A stretch of 9,033 nt of DNA from Paraspadella gotoi (Eukaryota; Animalia; Chaetognatha), in the NCBI GenBank assembly GCA_051294375.1, contig JBJCIZ010000189.1:1-9033 (forward strand). Reading direction: 5' to 3'. Shown piece by piece: positions 1 through 8,337 of this stretch. Position 1 is the first letter of the stretch; the number at the start of each line of letters is the position of its first letter. Below the pieces are notes generated by a model. That model saw nothing but the letters and a program-made list of their open reading frames with translations, was not told the DNA's origin and searched no databases. Both the position numbers and the translations under genes were made by a program.

Positions 1-129
1 AGGATTTCCATCGGGAGATTTAGCGAGGAAGTTCCTAGTGTTAATTATTCGGAAAGAGACAGACGAGATTTCATTAGCGAAGCCAAAAGTAGATGCGCGA
101 CTTGGCCGATAACCCGAAGATCCGACGGG

Positions 130-805
130 ATAAGGAATAAGGAACAACATTAAAAAAGAAACGAAGAGTGAGGATCTGTTTGAAGCGAAGGATTAAAAAA
201 AAATTAAGATCAAAAAACAAGAGAATGAAGATATAACGGGAAACAAATCCAGAGAAGGAAAAGAAACCGTCGCGAAAGGAAAAAAAATAGAACTAAAGAA
301 TATGGCAAGGAAATCAATTTTTCAGTAGGTTCATCATTAACCGAGCGCGATGCATTCGAAAGAAAAGACATCAAAGAAAACGGTAAATTGGATTAACTCA
401 AAAAACCAAACCAAAAAAAGTGAGAGAAAATGAAATTTGTATCGAAAAAAAACTGTAAATAAAGAAGAAAAAAAAGGCAAAGTGGTGGAAATATAAATTT
501 TATAACACAGAAATCTTGTAGAAGAGGGATTTTTTTATCCCGCCGATGAATGCTCTCTCGTTATCCATTCTCTTATTCGGCCATAACTTCCTAAGTCTAG
601 TTAACCGATAAGCGGGAATTATTTTGAATCATTATCATCGGTCAAATTCACAATGAATCCGAATCTGAATTAATGTAACTCTGATTTCTCTTTTTTCCTC
701 GGGCGGCGGCGGCGCAGCGAGTGCGATGGCGTCCGTATATCAAACCGTGGATGGAATTCCTAGTTTTTTGTCTCAATTCTTGGTCGCGAGCGTCAGATCT
801 TGTCT

Positions 806-857
<52 letters not shown>

Positions 858-875
858 TCTCTCTCCTCCTCGTCG

Positions 876-906
<31 letters not shown>

Positions 907-2223
907 GAGGCAATTTTTCTTCGTCCCCTACGCGCTTTCTATCATTTTTCATTAACCTCGCTCTCATAATCACTTTTTAAAATTTCCGCCATTCCTTTTA
1001 TCCATACAAAATGACATCCTGGGGCGAGGCATGGCGGTGGGGACACGAGAGCGGGAGGTGGGGCTATTTGGTGCGATGGGAGAATGGCGAGAAGTTTGGG
1101 AATGAGGAAAGAGCAGGTGTTTTAGAGTCGAGTGAGTGGTGACAAGAAGCTGAGGTTGGAACGGGACGATGTAGTGGCTATCGGCCTGAGCTTATTGGTC
1201 TTGCTGATGAGCTTCCTTGTGAAAAAGATGTATAGGACCGCCGGTGAAGCCAAATGACCCAAGTTTATAATAAAGCAGGAAGAATGTGTTTCGGATCGTT
1301 GATGACAGAGAAATTTAGTTGGAGTAATGAAACCGCTTGAATCGGTCGATTCCAAGAGGCAAGAGGACATGAAATATAAACAAGTTTGAAACTAACAAAT
1401 CCGGATCTCCCCACGAAATATAGCGCTGATCAGATAATAATTTATAATAATAAATGCTATAATTATGCAATAATGAATTGTTAATTTAACATTTATGAGA
1501 TGTGGCGCCTTACACTATCGTGATATAATTTAATATAAATGTAGTGCATTCGCTACGTTGAAATTCAATCAGACTCCGTCAATATAGCGCAATTCGCTCG
1601 CTTTTATTGCCGAGATTAAAACTCGATCTTCCGCTCGTAAACTGATTTTTCATCCGCTTTCTAATGGAGGCGATAAAGCAATTCGATTGCCACCCGACAA
1701 TGTAATTAGCGATCATTTCAAGAAGCAACGAAGGAATGAAAAATCTTAATGCATAAAATGGCACCCGGAGAGAGAAAATAGTTACTCAAATTGGAAAATG
1801 GATAATAAATACTTGATATAGTATAATAAATTCATAATCTTAGCGAGAATTTCAGAGAGCCATAGTTAGTTAGCACCTATTCCGTGGCGTGACTAATCTT
1901 TTGCCGACTTGTGAAGCACCACAAAGTGATTTTGTTAAAACAAAAGCATGGCATCTTCTTCTAACTTCTTAATTTATGGAACGTGCAAAGGGGCCTTTAT
2001 AACATCCGGTGGCTTTTTATGTGACGTTGACATTTTATCGGCATTCTCCATCGCTTTATGCGGTGCTCACTAATCGGCACTTCAGAGGGTTAGACGGCAT
2101 TCTGCTGAAGAACCATGGGCGATTTGTGATTCCCCGACGTCGCGCATTTAGCGCGCGGGCTCAGTGTTGACACTTTACCCGGCGTCTCTCTTTCCGTAAG
2201 AAAAGGAGAAGGAGCGAAAACCG
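130..2223 (-). repeat. Copy 1 (inverted, heavily degraded, partial) of the ~4.2 kb unit; reverse complement of ~2333-4840
   Basis: Collinear chain of reverse-complement anchors: 2165-2184 vs ~2427-2445; TAACATCCGGT ~2000-2010 vs ~2673-2684; CAATC(A)GACTCCGTCAA 1566-1582 vs 2983-2998; AGGAAGAATGT 1277-1287 vs 3493-3503; GTGAAGCCA 1244-1252 vs 3542-3550; GGCTATCGGC 1176-1185 vs 3686-3695; GAACGGGACGA 1159-1169 vs 3713-3723; ~656-690 vs ~4425-4456; CCATAACTT 581-589 identical to 8510-8518 in copy 3. The outer part (<1050) is weaker and its boundaries are approximate. Confidence 0.75.
803..906. repeat. Imperfect (CT)n microsatellite
   Basis: About 100 bp of TC dinucleotides with a few interruptions, read directly. 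Confidence 0.95.
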
Positions 2224-2898
2224 ATTTCCCGTTCCCTTCCTACCCTTCCTCGTTGCAAACTCCTTCCTACCCTCCTCATTCCTACTCTCTCCTCCTGTCT
2301 GCTTCTGCCTTTACGTATTTCATAGTCTCCCGCGGGTTTCCGAGACCATGACCTCGCCCTTCCTCCTCCTTCTTTCCTTACTCCTCCTTCCTCCTCTTAC
2401 ATTCCTCCATTTCGATCTCGGCCTCTCGCCGTCCAGTGTTTAACAAGCAAAAATCGCAGGAGGCGCGCTCCAAAGTCGGGTTTCGGTCGTACGGGAAAAA
2501 CTGACCTTTCACTGAAAATATGAACATTAACTGACATAACTAACATTAAGTGCGTAATGGCATTTAAACTCTTCTAATAAAAATTACCAGCACAATCAAA
2601 GATGAAGGTTGAAAATTAATTTTAATGGCGCAGTTGTCACGCAATAACAAAAAAGAAACACAAAAAGAAACAACCGGATGATTACTGGTGGGACTAAACA
2701 TCCATCTCAACCGTTTTATCAGCGGCCATTGGTCGGAAGGCAAGTAAAGTCGCCTCCACCCAAAGCGTCAGTGCAAGTTTTCTCTCAACGCGCGTGCACG
2801 CCGAGCAGTTAAGATGGACGGGGCGAATAAGACCCGTCCCGAACCACGGCTTTCAAGCCTCATCCGAAGCTAGGGATGCCTTATATGAACGGTTCTGT

Positions 2899-2934
2899 CA
2901 CTAACTCATAACAAATTATTCTGCTCTCTTTCAG
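2899..2934 (+). promoter_or_regulatory. Possible spliceosomal branch point, pyrimidine tract and 3' acceptor
   Basis: CACTAAC at 2899-2905, then TTCTGCTCTCTTT, then CAG|G ending at 2934, with canonical spacing. No recognisable exon follows. Confidence 0.3.
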
Positions 2935-3101
2935 GATAAACATCATTGAGCTTCAGGCAAAGTTTCGCATTAAGAAACATCGTTGACGGAGTCGATTGTG
3001 ATGATAAAAAAAGGAAAAGGAAGAAAATAAAGGAAAAATAAAAGACTGTAAACTAGAAATGTATAGCGACCAGTGGGAGGCAGAAGTGAAATTAGCAGTC
3101 G

Positions 3102-3140
3102 ATTACAATTATAATTACAATTTATAATTATTTTACAATT
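3102..3140. repeat. Short AT-rich tandem repeat (ATTACAATTATA-like, about 3 imperfect units)
   Basis: attacaattata attacaatttata attattttacaatt, read directly. Confidence 0.6.
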
Positions 3141-3713
3141 CTACATCATTTTCACCTTAGCTTAGGTCTTGAAAAAAGATCTTTAAAACCACATTACTGG
3201 ACGCTTGACACATCCGGTTGTTTCATCATAATTGCGTGATAACAATCATGCTCGTAGAATGATAAAACAGAACAAATGAGAAGTCACCCGTGACATACTC
3301 AAGCAACGCAAAGCAACCATCTGCAACGACTGGTTTTTAGAAACCGTTACAGAAGAGCGCGATTCTATCTAAAAACACAGATTTACGATCCTACGTAAGT
3401 CCGTCACTCTAATCACCTGCGTCTCTTTGCATGGTCACTCTTCTTTCCTCTTCCTATTAATCGTTTCACTCGATCTCACTCCTCAGCTCTGGACATTCTT
3501 CCTTCCCCCCCCCGTCCCTCGTATTCGCTTAATTCGCTAAGTGGCTTCACATACATCGGGCTCCAAAGCATTTCTTCCCACTTTTCGCCGCAATAAATTT
3601 CCCTGTCCCCACTTATACCAATTTTCGACGCGACGGAACTTCAGTTTTTCGGCCGCCTTTTTTTATATTTATTTCAGGGAATGGAGCCGATAGCCCGATA
3701 GTCTGTACCTTTT

Positions 3714-3756
3714 CGTCCCGTTCGTCCCATTCTCCGGTCCGTCCCGTCAATGTCCC
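3714..3756. repeat. Cluster of GTCC(C) short repeats
   Basis: GTCCC occurs four times, plus GTCC/GTC partials, within 43 bp. Its complement GGGAC is seen in copy 1 at ~1163. Confidence 0.55.
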
Positions 3757-3785
3757 AATCCGGAGAAACGAGCTTTAGGCATAAT

Positions 3786-3792
<7 letters not shown>

Positions 3793-3822
<30 letters not shown>
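3793..3822. repeat. (TA)15 microsatellite
   Basis: Perfect TA run, read directly. Confidence 0.95.
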
Positions 3823-3825
<3 letters not shown>

Positions 3826-4845
3826 GTGATCTTTTATAAAAAGCTAGAGAATGTTCTGTCTCACTTACAATTAGCGTTACATATTTCACAAAAACTTTTC
3901 AAAGTTCAACACTTCCCTAATAGTACTTGCTGTCCAAAAGAAAACTACGAAGAGAGTTTACACAGATACTATTATTCCTGAGTCGGTGATCTGCATACAA
4001 TCTAGACTACCGGAGCTAACTGAATCCTGCAATGCTATATCGGCGATGATGTCTTATACATCTTGATTTTTCTATTGCCCACTATACATTTATAATTGAT
4101 ATATTACTATGAATGCCCCTTTCTAACCCCCAGGCCTCCTCAACAACACCAAGCGGAAGATCAACCACTGTTTATCTCACACTATTATTATCTCCCAGCG
4201 TCCAGCTCTGATTCAATGTACTCTGAGAGCAGTACCGTAAACAATAAAACAAAAGGGAACCACCTGGCGCCTCCCATTAATTAGAAAGGAATTTAATGGG
4301 AAAATTCGCAGCGTGCAACCCGACTGCTAGTCTTACCTTAGCACGGCCGATGGAAGAAATTCCGGCTCAGCCGCGGCGTCGGTTAAAACGGCAGACGCCC
4401 GCGGCTTTGATCGGTTTCGTATTGAGAATCGATTTACACGAATCAAGATCGATTCCTGACTTGTCTGAAAGCTAAGTTTCATCTACAAGGTCGTGCGGCG
4501 AAAATCTTCAATCAGCAAGTTTATGATGCCCAGATCAGTCTGGCCGGTTAACTATTGTCCTTGATGTTTAACTTTCCAGCGTTGTTTGAATTATGTAACA
4601 AATTATCACATTCATACCGTTTGTTTCGTGACCTGAAGCTACTTATCTAGATTACTCGCTTTCGCAAAAATATATTTCCGTTATGCAAGCCTAGATTGTA
4701 TTGTAATAAAACAAAAGTGAACAGTTTGAGTTCTTCGCAATAAGGTTACATATTTAAACTTGCAGGAAAATACAGTTGTATTAGTCATCAAACGACTCTC
4801 TCTTTATTCTCATTTCCGTTCCTTGTATGCCTCCTAATTTTCTTC

Positions 4846-4930
4846 CTCTCTCTCTCTCTCTCTCTCTCCTCTCCTCTCTCTCTCTCTCTCTCTCCTCTCT
4901 TTCTCTCTCTCCCTTCTCTCTCCTTCTCTT
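4846..4930. repeat. Imperfect (CT)n microsatellite
   Basis: Read directly. It is mirrored by the (AG)n tract at ~8097-8200. Confidence 0.95.
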
Positions 4931-5820
4931 TCTTTTTCCTATTCATCACCTCGCACTAATGGACTACCCAATACTACAAGTCGATCCTACTTCGTTCCTA
5001 ATGAATTCCTCGTTCTTCGATAATAACATAACTTCCCCAAATCTCGGATGAATCTGACCAGGTCCTTCTTCGCGACAAAACGTCCCTCCTCCCTTCGTTC
5101 CGTCTTCACTGCCTCAATTTTACAATAGTTGTTAATCAATTTTTAATACTTTTTTAATATAATATTGCTTAAGTACTAGTTTTTTTTAATCTTAATATCA
5201 TCCATATCTTCAAGCATGGATTGTCTATACCTTTTCCTCCAACCCGCTCCTTCCCCCCTGCGTGGACTGCCCCCTGGAAATGCCAACAATTCTAATCTAG
5301 CCATGATCCGGAACCTCACTAGAAACTCCGATTGTGATTCCCAAATATTAAATGATGAATTTGAATCTAGGTGAAGGGAATTGCTCATGCATTCAGAGTC
5401 TTCTTTATGAACTTCTTTTGTATTTTATTTATATATACCTATTTATTATTGCTTTCTCTCTTCTTCCACTCTCTCCTACCATACCCTTCCCATCTCTATC
5501 TGCCCAGTTCCCTTTTCCCAACCGCCCTCCATATAACTTATCATCTATTCTGTATCCTCTTTCCCATTTCACCGTTTTTTCGGCATCGACTCAAAAGAAA
5601 AAGGGAAAAAAATATCTCATTATTTCAATTTGGAGAACAATCATTTCCTTATCTTATTCTACCCACTCAAATTCACCGTTGGCGCAATAGGACTTTATTT
5701 ACATAATGCCTATTTTTATCGGTCGGGGCGATTGGCAATTTTCCTCTAAGGTTTGTTTTTTTTCAGTAAACGCCATTATATGTAGTTTTTAGTTTTTAGA
5801 AAATATATGCATATGTTTTG

Positions 5821-5890
5821 CTCTCCTTTCTCTTTCCTCTTCCTTCTCTCTCCCTTTCTCTCTCTCTTCTCTCTCTCTCCTTCCTCTCTC
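5821..5890. repeat. Imperfect (CT)n / pyrimidine tract
   Basis: Read directly. It is mirrored by the shorter (AG)n at ~7090-7118. Confidence 0.9.
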
Positions 5891-6051
5891 GGCATTGAAT
5901 TCCCCCCCGGCCCCCCCTTCTTAACTCTATTCCCTTCGCATCCAACATCACGTTTGGTCGTCTTCGTTTCGTTATTCATGTCTATCTCGTAATTTCTAAC
6001 ATGACCGAGCCTATCTACTTGTCATCTTTTCATGTCGGTTCTTAGTATCAA

Positions 6052-6115
6052 TCTCTCTCTCTCTCCTCTCTCCTCCTCTCTCTCCTCATCTTCTCTCTTT
6101 CTCTCTCTCTCTCTC
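6052..6115. repeat. Imperfect (CT)n microsatellite
   Basis: Read directly. Confidence 0.9.
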
Positions 6116-7089
6116 GCTCCCCCTTACAAGCATCCCTTTTTTGCGTTCTGTCTTAATTTCTTCAATCTCTTCCTTCTTTCGTCCTTCCTCATCATTAATA
6201 CTGTTCTTCTTTTCTTGCTTCCGTTTTTCCTTCTTTGGTTCCTTTCCCTGAGAGGCCATCTCAAAATTCACCAAACTCATACAAAATCAATCTGATAAAA
6301 CGCGGATTCAAGCGAGCCGCCCCCACGTGGACCTCCTTTTATCGTAAAGATACCCGAAATTCTTCCATTAGTCCGAAAATATATATTGAATAATCGCCTT
6401 CCTGCTTTTATCAAATTATCTAATCATTATCTTTCCTACCCCTTATCTAATTCTTTATAACCTCTATCACTTAACCAAATTCTACTACATTCTTTCCTCT
6501 ATTAATATAGAATATTACGGTATAAATATTTAAATTATAGTATATCATTATGTTTTTCTGTAAAGAAAGCATTTACCTTTTATATATTTCCCCTATACGA
6601 CCATCCCGATCTGATCGTCGCAAACCCGTTCACAGTCCCTCCCCCCCGCCCCGCTTTGCCTCTCCTTGTTCAGTGATTCTGACTTGATTTACCCCACTTT
6701 TTCACGGCCTAGTTCGTATGGCATGCAAACACACCAACGAAAAAACGAAGGGAGCACGAATTATAATATATAATAACGCCAAGAACGACGAATGACAAAC
6801 CTTTAGACAATCTAGAAATGATGACAAATCTCATCAAGACCAATTCGGGCAACGAAAAAACAAACGATTATTGCCAGTAGATTAGAAGAGAGAAAAAATG
6901 ACACAGCAACCCCCGACGGTAGAAGCAAGAGAGAGAGGAATTTTGCACAAAACCCATAAAATCCTTTGAACGATTCTCGCTTGCTTTCTGTTCTACGACT
7001 TCATTATGCCATTCAACTTCTAAACACCACATGACGCGATAACCTCGGTTATTCATTCGTCGAATGATAAGCCCGGCTCTGAGTTCGAC

Positions 7090-7118
7090 AGAGAGAGAGA
7101 AGAGGAGAGAGAGGAAAG
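7090..7118. repeat. Short (AG)n tract
   Basis: Read directly. It is the inverted counterpart of 5821-5890. Confidence 0.8.
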
Positions 7119-8096
7119 ATACCAGAGGTCTGGACCCTAATGAATAATAAAAAAAAGTAGACATCACGCTATATCTTTTTTACACCTAATCAACACTAAG
7201 TAATAGCTCGATTTCTTAGCTAGTATCAAAACACAGCACCTTGTGATAATTGCCATTGCCCCCCCCCCCGCCAGCCATCCCTAAAAATAATTATTTGTAA
7301 AAAAAAGAGCCTTTGCCCAATAAGCAATGGCGTCATAATAATGATGACGACCAATGGAATTTTCTCCGAGAAAAAATTTAAAGAACTGATATGCCCGCAA
7401 TGATTTTTTTTTCCCTTTTTTTCGTTTTCGTATCTGACCCGAAAACAAAAAACCCATTTAAAAGTTTGAACACGACATGGGAATAGATGATAGAGGTATT
7501 GATTTAATGGTCTTTATGGTAAATATAGAACAATTCTATCCGCAAGCTCGTCTCTTTTCTCCTCGTATAGAAAATCAAAAAAAGAAAATAATATAAATAT
7601 ATTATAAATTAATTCACGCATTTTAAAAGATTATAAAAGAAGCTGATCTTGCAGTTCAGCATTCCCATCCCTTTTCCCCCGTGTTCCAAATTCATTCTTG
7701 CCCATAAATTTCTTTCGGATTCCCCATCCTGAACTCGCAGGCCGTTTCCTAGGGCGTCACGAGAAGGAACAGTGTGACCCAGGACGCGCCACCCGCGACG
7801 GGCTAGGACGAGCAGTGAGGAAAGGCAACCGGCTCGTGGACTGAGGGAAGAAGGACATTGGTCGATTAAGCAAAACTGAATACAGCGTACCCATGGAAAA
7901 GAAGGAAAATTTATGTGAACCTAGTGCTGCAGGAAAGCCCCGGTAACCGAAAGGAACCCCGGAGGATTGAGGCGAATGACGGCTCGCGCAAACGATTCAT
8001 ACCCTTCAAGTCAGTTAGATGCCGGACGAGAGCCGGCTTACTGTCCCTTAACGTGCCATCCCGCAGGTGCAATGATTTAGGAAAAAAAGTAACCAA

Positions 8097-8200
8097 AGAG
8101 GAGAGGAAGAAGAGAGATCAGAGAGATAGACGAGAGACGAGAGAGAGAGAGAGAAACGAGAATAACAAGAGAAGAGACGAGAAGAGAGAGAGAGCAGAAG
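8097..8200. repeat. Degenerate (AG)n microsatellite
   Basis: Read directly. It is the inverted counterpart of 4846-4930, with many single-base interruptions. Confidence 0.9.
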
Positions 8201-8312
8201 GAAATTAGGATAGAGCATACAAATGAAGACACGAGACATAAGAGAGAGTTCTCCGTTGGACAATACAATTATTTTTTCCTGCAAAGTTCTAAAATTAATC
8301 CTTTATTGGACG

Positions 8313-8337
8313 NNNNNNNNNNNNNNNNNNNNNNNNN
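8313..8337. other. Assembly gap of exactly 25 N
   Basis: Counted directly (8+10+7 N). Confidence 0.99.

Larger units (their letters stand above)
2633..3243. mobile_element. Candidate non-autonomous element (MITE-like), ~610 bp, bounded by bipartite inverted repeats
   Basis: GAAACAACCGGATG (2667-2680) is the exact reverse complement of CATCCGGTTGTTTC (3211-3224). GTTGTCACGCAAT (2633-2645) matches the reverse complement of ATTGCGTGATAAC (3231-3243) at 12/13. No ORF lies inside and no clear flanking target-site duplication is visible. Confidence 0.3.
2333..6478 (+). repeat. Copy 2 (central, most complete) of the ~4.2 kb unit
   Basis: Its left part pairs in inverted orientation with 130-2223. 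Its right part (3841-6478) pairs in inverted orientation with 6502-9033. The stretch 3841-4840 is represented in all three copies. Confidence 0.85.

Noticed and set aside
1-540. Alternative inverted alignment of the window start to ~5600-6420
   Set aside because: It is based on purine-rich low-complexity matches and is inconsistent with the better collinear chain to ~4545-4840.
721-973. Three overlapping ORFs rich in S/L or R/E
   Set aside because: They are translations of the (CT)n/(AG)n microsatellite, which lacks stop codons. There is no domain-like content.
1122-1764. Minus-strand ORFs of 82 and 61 aa
   Set aside because: They are short, show no similarity I recognise, and lie in the most error-rich copy.
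2816-2866. 7 bp hairpin GGACGGG/CCCGTCC next to a minus-strand CGGATGAG-GCTTGAAAGCC hammerhead-like motif
   Set aside because: The core deviates from CUGAUGA and lacks the GAAA after stem II. The hairpin has no U-tract, and stems of this size occur by chance.
3674-4284. ORFs spanning or following the (TA)n tract
   Set aside because: The YIYIYI runs come from the microsatellite. The rest are chance-length frames, mostly with non-ATG starts.
4827-6295. ORFs at 4827, 5176, 5352, 5371, 5776, 5807, 6032 and 6086, some looking hydrophobic or membrane-like
   Set aside because: Their composition is driven by pyrimidine tracts. The frames are not preserved in the inverted copy and have no recognisable motifs.
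6868-8284. ORFs at 6868, 7911, 7915, 8048 and 8077
   Set aside because: They lie in the degraded inverted copy or the (AG)n tract, and are not reproduced in copy 2.
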